The position numbers were made by a program, and so were the translations under genes. The notes beneath the pieces were generated by a model. The model did not search any database, had not been told where the DNA came from, and saw nothing but the letters and a program-made list of their open reading frames with translations. From Sphaerochaetaceae bacterium (GTDB lineage: Bacteria > Bacillota > Clostridia > Peptostreptococcales > Anaerovoracaceae), in NCBI GenBank assembly GCA_963588675.1, contig CAVAIH010000001.1, positions 1 to 41,212 on the forward strand: a DNA stretch of 41,212 nt. The letters run 5' to 3'. Positions 1 to 8,009 of this stretch are shown in pieces (positions within the stretch are counted from its first letter, which is position 1; every line of letters begins with the position of its first letter).

Positions 1-665
1 TCTGCGGACGCCTGCGCACGCTCTTCGCTCGTCCGCGTGAGTTCTGAGACTACGGACGCCTGCGCACGCTCTTCGCTCGTCCGCGTGAGCTCTGAGACTA
101 CGGGCGCAGACGCAGGCTCCGAAGAATCCACGCAACCCTCGTATGCTGGGAATTTCGCCCCGTATCCGAGCGGTTTATAGAAGTCAATCAGCTTGGCGTT
201 TGCGGGGCATAGCATGGATACCGCGTTCCTCTTGTGGACTTCGTTTCTCGCAAATTCCGTTATCGTCGAGCCGTATCCTAAGCCCCTTGCCTTCTCGTCT
301 GTGCATATGGCGTAGCTTACATAGCAGGGGATTTCCTTGCCGGCCTTGCCCGAAGATGGCTCTGGCGTCGGCTCTGACGAAGATTCTGAGGGCGTCTCCG
401 AAGACGACGCCGAGGACGGCTCAGATGACGACTCTACAGCTGGCATCTTAAGCTCGCCCATCCTAAGAAGCGTAAGCGCCGATACAACAGACCGCTCGTG
501 CTCTGCGCCCTTCTTGCCATTGTCGTCTACCATAACATAGGCTTCTATGTCGCTTCCGAATGCGTCGAACATTTCCTGGATGTCCTGCGGATCATCGCCG
601 AAAGTCCGACACCAGAGTTCCCGAAAGCCTTTATATTCGTCTTTTGCATTTCTTATCTCGAGCAT
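1..665 (-). CDS. GNAT-family N-acetyltransferase; 3' end runs off the window start, so it is absent from the ORF track
   Basis: I translated the minus strand by hand from the ATG at 665-663: MLEIRNAKDEYKGFRELWCRTFGDDPQDIQEMF...YAICTDEKARGLGYGSTITEFARNE... I checked codon by codon and found no in-frame stop down to position 1. It has the R-x-x-G-x-G acetyl-CoA motif (RGLGYG). An SD GAGGAGA lies 8 nt upstream. Confidence 0.75.
   Translation of the reverse strand, partial: MLEIRNAKDEYKGFRELWCRTFGDDPQDIQEMFDAFGSDIEAYVMVDDNGKKGAEHERSVVSALTLLRMGELKMPAVESSSEPSSASSSETPSESSSEPTPEPSSGKAGKEIPCYVSYAICTDEKARGLGYGSTITEFARNEVHKRNAVSMLCPANAKLIDFYKPLGYGAKFPAYEGCVDSSEPASAPVVSELTRTSEERAQASVVSELTRTSEERAQASA
6..101. 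repeat. 48-bp tandem duplication inside the GNAT coding region
   Basis: Copies at 6-53 and 54-101 differ at one base. Each encodes VVSELTRTSEERAQAS on the minus strand and is in frame (48 = 16 codons). Confidence 0.9.
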
Positions 666-742
666 TTTTCAATTCTCCTCTCGAGCGTTACATATTTCCT
701 ATCTCGAGTTATCTCGAGCATTTTTCAATTCTCCTCTCGAGC
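656..742. repeat. 31-bp perfect direct repeat (656-686 and 712-742) duplicating the SD plus ATG of the GNAT gene
   Basis: tctcgagcatttttcaattctcctctcgagc occurs twice, 25 nt apart. On the minus strand each copy reads GCTCGAGAGGAGAATTGAAAAATGCTCGAGA. The word ctcgag occurs five times within 657-742. Confidence 0.95.
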
Positions 743-746
743 ATCG

Positions 747-1745
747 CTACTTCTCCACGGCAAAATATTTCATCATCAGAATGTCCGGATGATAGCTGAG
801 CTTCGCCTTGCGCAGGCCTTCGATTCCCATGTCCTCTTCCCTGTTGAAAAACTCAACCTCGGGTTTCATTTGCGCAACCATGTTGACGTATTCCCTGTTG
901 ATCATTGTATATGCTCCGTCGACATCTGGCAGAGCCTTCTCGAAATGCACGTCCATCCCCGCTTCTCCGAGCTTCGTTCCCGCCGTGAAAGCAACCGGCT
1001 TTCCCTTTTGATAGAGCAGTGCTCCTATGAAGCCAAGCTCGGCGAAAGAGTCGAACATTTCGTTAATTGCCACGGTCTCCTCCGCAAGCCCTGGGTCTTC
1101 TTTTTCCTTGTAAAATTCAGCTACAAAAGCCCGTGCTTCCTCGATGCTCGCGATTTCTATCGGCTTTCCGTCACTGTCTTTGACGCCCGCTACGGAGTCT
1201 TTAGCGACTTCCGCGCTGTCTTTGACGCCCGCTACGGAGTCTTTGGCACCATTTGCAGAGGCTCCGACCGATTTAATCTGCCAATCTCCGTTGGCGATAA
1301 AATGCTTGATGTGGTTCCTCTTCGACGCAAGCTTACGGCCCGCAAGGAATCTCAACTTGTCTGTCATATATACATAATCGGCATTGTCGCGGTCTTCGAC
1401 AATATCGAATTTGTCCGCATACTCCGGGCATTCGAGCCTAAATTCGTCAAGCGTTCTGTCGGTAAGGCCCCTGATTACAAGCTTTTCGCCTCTTGACCGC
1501 GCCTCTTCGATAAGCATATCAATATAAGGCCGAACATCGCCGTCGCCTTTTGGATAGGAATAATACTGCCTATCAGCTGTTGTGACAATCAGTCTCGACT
1601 CGCCAAAGTATACCAGAGGCTTGTAAGTATGCCTCCAAATATAAAGGTTGGCGAAGCTGTAATCGGCGCCGAAACACCCGCTTGCACATATTACGGCATC
1701 AACTGCCGACTTGTCTTGTAATTCTATTTCCTTGAAATTCATCAT
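747..1745 (-). CDS. DUF2156 / LPG_synthase_C-like protein (tandem-GNAT fold, MprF C-terminal domain family)
   Basis: A 332-aa ORF. The N-terminal FANLYIWRHTYKP.. and the C-terminal ..DVHFEKA..GAYTMINREY..REEDMGIEGLRKAKLSYHP resemble stand-alone DUF2156 proteins. This is family recognition by eye only. Confidence 0.6.
   Translation of the reverse strand: MMNFKEIELQDKSAVDAVICASGCFGADYSFANLYIWRHTYKPLVYFGESRLIVTTADRQYYSYPKGDGDVRPYIDMLIEEARSRGEKLVIRGLTDRTLDEFRLECPEYADKFDIVEDRDNADYVYMTDKLRFLAGRKLASKRNHIKHFIANGDWQIKSVGASANGAKDSVAGVKDSAEVAKDSVAGVKDSDGKPIEIASIEEARAFVAEFYKEKEDPGLAEETVAINEMFDSFAELGFIGALLYQKGKPVAFTAGTKLGEAGMDVHFEKALPDVDGAYTMINREYVNMVAQMKPEVEFFNREEDMGIEGLRKAKLSYHPDILMMKYFAVEK
1174..1244. 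repeat. 42-bp-period in-frame tandem repeat inside the DUF2156 gene
   Basis: The 29-nt core ctgtctttgacgcccgctacggagtcttt occurs at 1174-1202 and 1216-1244. It encodes AKDSVAGVKDSAEV/AKDSVAGVKDSDGK within a low-complexity insert. Confidence 0.9.
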
Positions 1746-1751
1746 ATCGGA

Positions 1752-1760
1752 ATTATAGCA
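1752..1760 (-). promoter_or_regulatory. Extended -10 box (TGCTATAAT) 6 nt upstream of the DUF2156 ATG; candidate leaderless transcript
   Basis: The minus strand reads ..ctgTGCTATAATtccgatATGATG. There is no purine-rich SD between the box and the start codon. Confidence 0.45.
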
Positions 1761-1907
1761 CAGTATCTTGATTTTGATTCACAAAGGTGTTAATGTATTT
1801 GTGTTGCTTTTTGAGGAAAGGTCTTAGAGTTTTTCCAGGAATTTTTCCAAGAAGTTCTCTTAGAAATTCCTTAAGGACGCACTTATCAACGTTATTAATT
1901 TCTGTGT

Positions 1908-1935
1908 TTGCCAGGCGGCGATACGCAAATATATA
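1908..1935 (+). promoter_or_regulatory. Candidate sigma-70-type promoter for the DUF1858 gene
   Basis: TTGCCA (1908-1913), a 16-nt spacer, then TATATA (1930-1935). The SD GAAGGAAGGA follows. Confidence 0.35.
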
Positions 1936-1955
1936 TAGAAGGAAGGATTACAAAT

Positions 1956-2150
1956 ATGATTACTAAGGACATGATTATCGGCGATGTTATCAATGAGCAC
2001 CCAGAGCTTGTACGCACATTCTTTGCTAACGGAATGATGTGCATCGGCTGTCCATCTTCGCAGGGCGAGTCAATCGCCGAGGCTTCTGCAGTGCACGGAC
2101 TTGATGCAGACGAGCTTTGCAAAGCTTTGAACGAAGCTCTTGCCGAGTAA
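1956..2150 (+). CDS. DUF1858 / hybrid-cluster-protein-associated redox disulfide domain protein
   Basis: MITKDMIIGDVINEHPELVRTFFANGMMCIGCPSSQGESIAEASAVHGLDADEL.. shows the typical C-x-G-C plus HG(I/L)D pattern. I chose the ATG at 1956 because of the SD GAAGGAAGGA upstream. The ORF track starts earlier, at 1908. Confidence 0.75.
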   Translation: MITKDMIIGDVINEHPELVRTFFANGMMCIGCPSSQGESIAEASAVHGLDADELCKALNEALAE

Positions 2151-2187
2151 TTTTTCGAAGAGATTTAAGCCAACTAATATTATAAGT

Positions 2188-2218
2188 AAAAAAGCGAAGC
2201 CGTAGGGCTTCGCTTTTT
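2188..2218. terminator. Bidirectional rho-independent terminator
   Basis: An 8-bp GC-rich stem (gcgaagcc at 2194-2201 pairing with ggcttcgc at 2206-2213), a 4-nt loop, a T5 run downstream and an A6 run upstream. Confidence 0.8.
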
Positions 2219-2299
2219 CTTGTTGTTCAGCATGTGCTTACTGTACTTGTTGCGCCTGTTGCGCTTCTATGCAAGCACGCGCGATAGCATTGCGCTACT

Positions 2300-3706
2300 C
2301 TATTTAATTACTCCGAATACGTTCAGGAGTACTACGAGCATCAAGAATGGAACGATTACGCAAATTTCAAACTTGTCCCATTTACTGATTCTTCCGAATT
2401 TACCATCGTTGGTAAGTTCCTTCTCGTAGTTCTTCCACTTCCAGCCTAGCGGAATAATAAGGCATGTAATAATACAGCCAAGAGGCAGAAGTACATATCC
2501 TGAGAAGCAGTCGAACCAGTCATACAATCCGTAGTATTCAATTGATCCGACATATACCCATGGAATCTTGAAATCTGACAGAGGTCCGAATCCGAGGGAT
2601 ACGAGAGCGTTCAGAACAGCCATTCCGATACCGTATACGATGAGCGCCTTCTTACGACCCCAGCCGTATCTGATTTCGAAGATTCTTGCTGTGATCTCAA
2701 CGAATGAGAAGAGCGAAGAAATAACTGCGAAAATCAGGGCTAAGAAGAAGAATGCTCCGATAATACGTCCGCCTGGAAGCTGACCAAAGATATCTGTCAT
2801 TACTCCGAAGATAAGGGATGGTCCCTTCTGAACATCAACGCCTGCGCCGAAAGCAGCAGGGATGATTACGAAGCCTGCAATAACAGCAGCAACTGTATCT
2901 GCAAAGCTTACGAAGATAGCGTCAGATCTTAGATTGTTCTTCTTTGGAAGATTTGTTCCCAGTGTTATAAAGAGGCACCAGCCGATACCTACTGAGAACA
3001 GGCACTGTGTTACAGCGTCAGCGGCAACTTTTACTGAGAAATTGCCGAAGTCAGGAAGAAGATAATACTTAAGTCCTTCCGCAGCTCCTTCTGTGGATGT
3101 GCAAGCAAATATACCGCAGATAACCAACAGAACGAAGAGTGCAGGGAGCATTACCTTTGACATCTTCTCGACGATATTAGTAATTCCGAATACGAGGAAT
3201 ACTAATATGAATAGCAGAAGTCCAAGTGCCCAGCAAAGTGGTTCAACTGGATCTGACACGAAGTCGTTGAAGAATACCCAAGGATCGCTTCCGAAGTCAC
3301 CGCTTACGATGAAATTCCAAGCGTACTTGCATACCCAACCACCAACTACAAAGTAGTATGCGCAAATCAGAATTGTTGCGAGGTTACCAACGTGGCCAAC
3401 CCAGCCCCAAATCTTCTTGCCACCTACCATTTCACAGGCTGTAACAGCATCAGTCTTGCAATGACGACCGATTGATGTTTCAACCTCTACTACCGGCTTC
3501 GCGAGCAGAAGAACGACGATAATGTATACCACCAAGAATACTCCGCCGCCTCCGCGATATGCCAGGTAAGGGAATTTCCAGATATTACCGAGACCGATGG
3601 ATGCGCCTGCAGCTACCATAAGGTAACCAAATCGCGATCCCCACTGCGCCTCGCCACTGGTTTTAGGTTCATTACTCATAAAAACACCTTTCTCTTTCTC
3701 GGTCAT
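2300..3706 (-). CDS. Sodium-dependent transporter, neurotransmitter:sodium symporter (NSS/SNF) family
   Basis: GASIGLGNIWKFPYLAYRGGGGVFLV is the NSS signature. The protein is multi-TM and 468 aa. The internal ATG at 3679 (MSNEPK..) has the better SD (AAAGG) and may be the true start. Confidence 0.85.
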   Translation of the reverse strand: MTEKEKGVFMSNEPKTSGEAQWGSRFGYLMVAAGASIGLGNIWKFPYLAYRGGGGVFLVVYIIVVLLLAKPVVEVETSIGRHCKTDAVTACEMVGGKKIWGWVGHVGNLATILICAYYFVVGGWVCKYAWNFIVSGDFGSDPWVFFNDFVSDPVEPLCWALGLLLFILVFLVFGITNIVEKMSKVMLPALFVLLVICGIFACTSTEGAAEGLKYYLLPDFGNFSVKVAADAVTQCLFSVGIGWCLFITLGTNLPKKNNLRSDAIFVSFADTVAAVIAGFVIIPAAFGAGVDVQKGPSLIFGVMTDIFGQLPGGRIIGAFFFLALIFAVISSLFSFVEITARIFEIRYGWGRKKALIVYGIGMAVLNALVSLGFGPLSDFKIPWVYVGSIEYYGLYDWFDCFSGYVLLPLGCIITCLIIPLGWKWKNYEKELTNDGKFGRISKWDKFEICVIVPFLMLVVLLNVFGVIK

Positions 3707-3764
3707 TTCCTTATCGTTAGAAAATGGCCACCACCTTTGACGATTTCGGCTATCGAGATTGTCG

Positions 3765-4166
3765 TTACTTCCGCCTCATAACGAGTCGATAGTCCTCGTC
3801 GAAATATTTGAAGCCTATTTTTGCAAAAAGCTCGTCCATAGGCTTATCAACTTCTACGATTACCTGGCTGTCCTTAGTTGCTGCCAGTCGCAGGAAATCA
3901 TCCAGTTCTTTCACAACGAGATTTATATAGCGCTCGTTTGTTAATCTTTTGTCTAACATTATATCACAAATCAGGAAATAAAGGTGATAATCTCCGCATA
4001 TTCTTCCGAAGGCCACCAGCTCTTCGTCCAGATATATGCCGACTGTGAAAATGCTATTCTTTATTGCACCAACTGCGCTCAATTTAGAAGAGACTCTATT
4101 CCCGCTCCTCGCTTGTAGCGATCTGAAGTCTCGGGGTAGAGTCTCATTGTGTCTTATTGATATCAT
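3765..4166 (-). CDS. Small GNAT-like protein with a degenerate acetyl-CoA motif
   Basis: A 133-aa ORF. LVAFGRICGDYHLYFLICDIMLDKRL..LVVKELDDFL follows the GNAT beta4-alpha3 layout, but the Q/R-x-x-G-x-G/A loop is replaced by LTNERY. Its start overlaps the upstream stop (ATGA at 4166). Confidence 0.45.
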   Translation of the reverse strand: MISIRHNETLPRDFRSLQARSGNRVSSKLSAVGAIKNSIFTVGIYLDEELVAFGRICGDYHLYFLICDIMLDKRLTNERYINLVVKELDDFLRLAATKDSQVIVEVDKPMDELFAKIGFKYFDEDYRLVMRRK

Positions 4167-4636
4167 TATTCAGCTTTTGCTTCGCTATCTTCTGCAGGTG
4201 CTTCAGCAGGCTCTTCAGCCTTCTCTTCGTCAGCTTCATCTGAAGCCACGTCAACAGCTACTTCTGCTTCATTCTTAGCAGACTTCTTCTCAGCCTTAGC
4301 AGATGCCTTTGCAGCCTTCTTTGCTGCCTTTGCTGCCGCTAATCTGACTGCGTCATCAGCTGAAAGATAGTACTTGTCGTTCTGCTTGCGCACTTCGTCG
4401 AGAATCAGTCCTGCCATGAACATAATAACTGCAAAGGACAGTGGCTGAACTACGCTTGATATGATATATGAAAAAGCGTCTCCGAAATTCTGGCTCAACG
4501 TTGTTCCATAAGCTGCAAAATATGATGACAAATACGAAATGGTGCTTCCGACTGTATAGAATACATATACCAGCAATAATGCTGAAAGCACGTAGCAAAT
4601 AATTGTGAATGGTGATCTTGAATATTTCTTTTCCAT
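4166..4636 (-). CDS. Hypothetical membrane protein with a K/A/E-rich low-complexity C-terminal tail
   Basis: It has two to three predicted TM helices (FTIICYVLSALLLVYVFYTV and PLSFAVIMFMAGLIL). The tail reads AAAKAAKKAAKASAKAEKK...EEKAEEPAEAPAEDSEAKAE. An SD AAGGAG lies upstream. Confidence 0.55.
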   Translation of the reverse strand: MEKKYSRSPFTIICYVLSALLLVYVFYTVGSTISYLSSYFAAYGTTLSQNFGDAFSYIISSVVQPLSFAVIMFMAGLILDEVRKQNDKYYLSADDAVRLAAAKAAKKAAKASAKAEKKSAKNEAEVAVDVASDEADEEKAEEPAEAPAEDSEAKAE

Positions 4637-4734
4637 ATAAAATATCTTCTCCTTATTTTTTTATTTCTTTCATAATATCATCTTCAATGGCACTTGTATT
4701 GTGATTTATGTGTCATTTCCGTGAATAAGTTTAT

Positions 4735-5421
4735 TTACCATTGTACCATTTTTTCTCCCTGGTCCTCAAGGAAAAAGTTGATTCTCGAGAAATATCTGCC
4801 TCCGAAGAAGCCTCGGTATGCGGAAAGAGGGCTCGGATGCGGAGCTGTTATGATAAGATGCCTTGTCCCAGATCTGCGACCTGCCTCAAGAATCAGGTCC
4901 TTTTTTCTTCCTGCGGGGGCTCCCCAGAGAACGAAGGCTATCGGCTTGTCGCCTTCCGCAAGCTTAGTGATGACTGCGTCTGTAAAAGTCTCCCAACCCA
5001 TATTTCTATGCGAGCCAGCCTCGTGCGCCCGCACGGTCAAGACGGTGTTGAGAAGCAGTACGCCCTGCTTAGCCCATGGCACAAGAAGGCCCTCCTCTGT
5101 TGACGCGTTTTCGTTTCTCAACGCGGAAGAATCCGAATCGAGTTCCTTCAGGATATTTGCAAGTGACGGCGGTTTTGCGATATTCTCCGGCACCGAGAAG
5201 GCAAGTCCGTGCGCCTGTCCGGGCTCATGGTATGGGTCCTGCCCGAGTATCACCGCTTTCACTTCCTTGAAAGGCGTGTAACGAAAGGCGTTGAAGACGT
5301 CCTCCTTCTTCGGGTAGACCTCGTGCTCTTGGTATTCTTTTTCCAGGAAAAGTTCAAGCTTTTTGAAGTATGGCTTCGACAGCTCGTCCTGCAGAATTGT
5401 GTCCCAGTCGTTTCCTATCAC
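4735..5421 (-). CDS. ung: Uracil-DNA glycosylase (family 1)
   Basis: It carries VILGQDPYH, GVLLLN and HPSPLSA motifs and is 228 aa. The start is GTG at 5421 with no clear SD, so the exact start is uncertain. Confidence 0.9.
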   Translation of the reverse strand: MIGNDWDTILQDELSKPYFKKLELFLEKEYQEHEVYPKKEDVFNAFRYTPFKEVKAVILGQDPYHEPGQAHGLAFSVPENIAKPPSLANILKELDSDSSALRNENASTEEGLLVPWAKQGVLLLNTVLTVRAHEAGSHRNMGWETFTDAVITKLAEGDKPIAFVLWGAPAGRKKDLILEAGRRSGTRHLIITAPHPSPLSAYRGFFGGRYFSRINFFLEDQGEKMVQW

Positions 5422-5430
5422 TTTGCTATA

Positions 5431-5490
5431 TTCTCGCTATTTCTCGCTATATATCGGTATTTCTCGACATTTCTCGCTATTTCTCAAGCT
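5431..5490. repeat. 10-bp-period degenerate tandem tract (6 units, consensus ttctcgctat)
   Basis: The units are ttctcgctat, ttctcgctat, atatcggtat, ttctcgacat, ttctcgctat and ttctcaagct. The last two units cover the final codons and TAG stop (5477-5479) of the lipoprotein gene. Confidence 0.9.
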
Positions 5491-5848
5491 TATATGTCAT
5501 ATTCGATGCATCGACGAAAGTCATTACATCGTCTTTCTTGGTTGCTGTACCTGTCAGGTCCTTGCCGTATTTGATGGTTACTGTAGCTTCCTTCTCATCG
5601 AACTCCCAGCTTGCTTCATACTCATCACCGAGCAGATTAACAACGGCGCTTCCACTCTTGTTGAGTCTGATGTATCCAGCGTTATCGATACCGTATTCTT
5701 CAAGATCGTCAAGGTCCATTACAAAGTCATCGCCTGCGTCGATTTCCGTGATGTTCCACTTTCCGATGAATTTAGTTCTCTCTGAGCATGCCGTCAAAGC
5801 GAAAAGCATAACAGCAATAATTGCAAGAGCAAAGATTTTCTTCTTCAT
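5477..5848 (-). CDS. Lipoprotein (hypothetical)
   Basis: MKKKIFALAIIAVMLFALTAC is a signal peptide with lipobox LTAC. The ATG at 5848 is preceded by GAAGGAGG. The ORF track starts at a TTG at 5863. Confidence 0.75.
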   Translation of the reverse strand: MKKKIFALAIIAVMLFALTACSERTKFIGKWNITEIDAGDDFVMDLDDLEEYGIDNAGYIRLNKSGSAVVNLLGDEYEASWEFDEKEATVTIKYGKDLTGTATKKDDVMTFVDASNMTYKLEK

Positions 5849-5919
5849 TACAGCCTCCTTCAAGCCAATTTAGTGTGTCTTATTTTCTCTCTTTTCTATT
5901 TAAAGTTCTCTGATTTTCT

Positions 5920-6483
5920 CTAGTGTTTTCTTATTGTATTGCTATCTTCTATACTTCTATCGACCAGCCAGCAAATTGTTGCGCTCGCCATGCCGATCAA
6001 CATTCCACAAATTACGTCTGTTGGGAAATGCATTCCAAGATACAGTCTCGAGAAGCAAATAATCAGCGCCAAAATCACGGCGCATACTCCCAGCCATTTC
6101 TTATCGCCTTTGAGAAGGATTGCGAAAGATGCCGCCATCGCGTTAGTCGCATGTCCTGACGGGAAGGACGCATCGCCTGGGTCTGGTGCAAGCCTCATTA
6201 TAGTATCGTAGACTTCCCATGGTCTTGGCCTATCGATTATCTTCTTAAGCAATAAATTGCATACGATGAAGGCAATTAGCATCGAGAAAAGCACCACCTT
6301 GCCTGTCGGTCTTGTCTTCCTGAAGAGAAAGAGGCATACGCCAACAAGAATCCAGAAAAGTCCGTGGTCGCCAAGGCTCGTTATTGCGCGCATTATCGGC
6401 GTGATCGAATCCGTAACAAAGATGTCTTGGATTTTTTCAAGAGCTACGCCGTCCCATGCAGAAATCGCATCGATAAAATTCAT
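5920..6483 (-). CDS. PAP2-family phosphatase (BcrC/undecaprenyl-diphosphatase-like)
   Basis: It carries KKIIDRPRP, PSGH and SRLYLGMHFPTD, the three PAP2 motifs, and has about 5 TM segments. Its start overlaps the upstream stop (TAATG). Confidence 0.8.
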   Translation of the reverse strand: MNFIDAISAWDGVALEKIQDIFVTDSITPIMRAITSLGDHGLFWILVGVCLFLFRKTRPTGKVVLFSMLIAFIVCNLLLKKIIDRPRPWEVYDTIMRLAPDPGDASFPSGHATNAMAASFAILLKGDKKWLGVCAVILALIICFSRLYLGMHFPTDVICGMLIGMASATICWLVDRSIEDSNTIRKH

Positions 6484-7853
6484 TACAGATATTCTCCCTT
6501 GCTTGTATTTCTCCAGATTCCCATCTTCTCGGCTTCTTTAATCAGGTCCTCTCTGAATTCAGGATGCGCTATGCTGATTAAAGCCTCCGCTCTCTGCCAG
6601 GTTGACTTGCCCTTGAGGTTGACTCCGCCGAACTCTGTAACTACATAGTTGACAGCCGATCTTGGGGTTGAAACGATTGATCCTGCTGGGAGAGTTGGAT
6701 GTATCTGCGAGCGTCTGATACCGTCCTTGCCCGTTCTTGTCGAATGCGTGCAAATGAAGCTCTTGCCGTTTTTCGAGAGAAAACTTCCAAGCACGAAGTC
6801 GAGCTGACCGCCCGTTCCGCTGACGTGTCTGAAGCCGACGCTCTCTGCGCAGACCTGACCGTAGAGGTCGATGCCGATACAGCCGTTGATTGAAACGAAG
6901 TTGTCCATCTCGCTGATGACATGCACATTGTTAACATAGTCAACAGGTGCGCAACAGCAGATAGGGTTGTCATCTATAAAATCATAGACTCTTTTCGAAC
7001 CGCCCGCGAAGGTATAGACGCTGAGGCCTTTGTCGCGATGCTTGCGATTAGTGAGCTTGCCGGCATTGTAAAGGTCTACATATCCGTCTACGAACATCTC
7101 GCTGTGCGCTCCAAGGTCGCTGATGTCTGACTCTGCGAGCAGGGTTCCAACGCTGTTAGGCACGGCTCCAACGCCAAGCTGAAGCACACTGCCATTGCAG
7201 ACTTTATCTACAATGAATTCGGCGATTCTGCGGTCTTCTTCGGTTGCAGGCTTAGGAGGCATCTCTGCGAGAGCAGGATTATCTCCCTCGATAATATAGT
7301 TGACCTCGGAAATATTGATATGCGAATCGTAGCCGAGAGCTATCGGAGTATTCTCGTTAACCTCGACTATTACCGTGCGGGAATTTTTGATAATTCCCCA
7401 AAGGTCCGCATTGATCGGTCCGAAATTAAAGTTACCGTATTTATCCATAGGAGCAACCTGTATACAGCAGATGTCGAACTGATTGCCTTCCTGTCCCCAA
7501 TAAAGAGGCTCCTCGTTGAAGAGGATAGGAACATACCAGCAGTTACCGTTCGCCTGCATCTGTCTGTCGTGCTTGCCGAAGTGAGATGCATAGAATCTTG
7601 CGACCTCTGGACTGCTTGTTGCCTTATATGTTTCGAGAACATCATTTCTGATGGCGATTTCTGTCTGAATCTCAAGACCGCGAAGGAGAGTATCGTTCTT
7701 AAGCCTCTCTGCAAGCGCCTTGTCCATATACACCGACGTGCCTGTTCCGACACCGAAATTTATTCTGTGATTGCTCTTTACAAGGCTCGCTGCATATTCT
7801 GCTGTAATCAGCTTAGTCTTGTATTCGCTCTGAACCTGTCCAATGTTATACAT
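6483..7853 (-). CDS. Acetyl-CoA hydrolase/transferase family CoA-transferase (butyryl-CoA:acetate CoA-transferase-like)
   Basis: About 456 aa. The C-terminal ..VTEFGGVNLKGKSTWQRAEALISIAHPEFREDLIKEAE is typical of the family. The second ATG (7853) is correctly spaced from AAAGGAG, whereas the ORF-track ATG at 7859 sits 1 nt from the SD. Confidence 0.75.
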   Translation of the reverse strand: MYNIGQVQSEYKTKLITAEYAASLVKSNHRINFGVGTGTSVYMDKALAERLKNDTLLRGLEIQTEIAIRNDVLETYKATSSPEVARFYASHFGKHDRQMQANGNCWYVPILFNEEPLYWGQEGNQFDICCIQVAPMDKYGNFNFGPINADLWGIIKNSRTVIVEVNENTPIALGYDSHINISEVNYIIEGDNPALAEMPPKPATEEDRRIAEFIVDKVCNGSVLQLGVGAVPNSVGTLLAESDISDLGAHSEMFVDGYVDLYNAGKLTNRKHRDKGLSVYTFAGGSKRVYDFIDDNPICCCAPVDYVNNVHVISEMDNFVSINGCIGIDLYGQVCAESVGFRHVSGTGGQLDFVLGSFLSKNGKSFICTHSTRTGKDGIRRSQIHPTLPAGSIVSTPRSAVNYVVTEFGGVNLKGKSTWQRAEALISIAHPEFREDLIKEAEKMGIWRNTSKGEYL

Positions 7854-7935
7854 GTTCATGCTCCTTTAGTGTGTAGTTCATATGCTTATAGTCTGCTTAT
7901 AATCTTCGTATAGGCATATGTGTATAATTCATACA

Positions 7936-7964
7936 ATTTTACCGCAAAAGCCTTGTGAATTCAA
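7936..7964 (-). promoter_or_regulatory. Promoter of the CoA-transferase operon
   Basis: On the minus strand: TTGAAT (7964-7959), a 17-nt spacer, then TAAAAT (7941-7936). Confidence 0.55.
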
Positions 7965-7980
7965 CCGAAAACATAGCGCA

Positions 7981-8009
7981 TTGAAACACGGCGCCTCTTG
8001 TGGTATTAT
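7981..8009 (+). promoter_or_regulatory. Promoter of tRNA-Arg
   Basis: TTGAAA (7981-7986), a 17-nt spacer, then TGgTATTAT (extended -10; hexamer at 8004-8009). It lies back to back with the CoA-transferase promoter. Confidence 0.6.

Noticed and set aside
498-1496. 332-aa plus-strand ORF
   Set aside because: It lies exactly antisense to the well-supported DUF2156 gene. Its translation is low-complexity (F/S/L-rich), it has no SD, and it also overlaps the GNAT start region. It is a shadow ORF.
3765-4636. GNAT-toxin/antitoxin pair
   Set aside because: The upstream partner is a membrane protein with no RHH or DNA-binding features. The GNAT-like protein lacks the acetyl-CoA loop needed for TacT/AtaT-type toxins.
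4694-5281. 195-aa plus-strand ORF opposite ung. Similar antisense ORFs occur at 7320-7913, 26766-27248, 27208-27813 and 30095-30775.
   Set aside because: All of them are antisense to genes with strong family signatures. All show biased, low-complexity translations typical of shadow frames.
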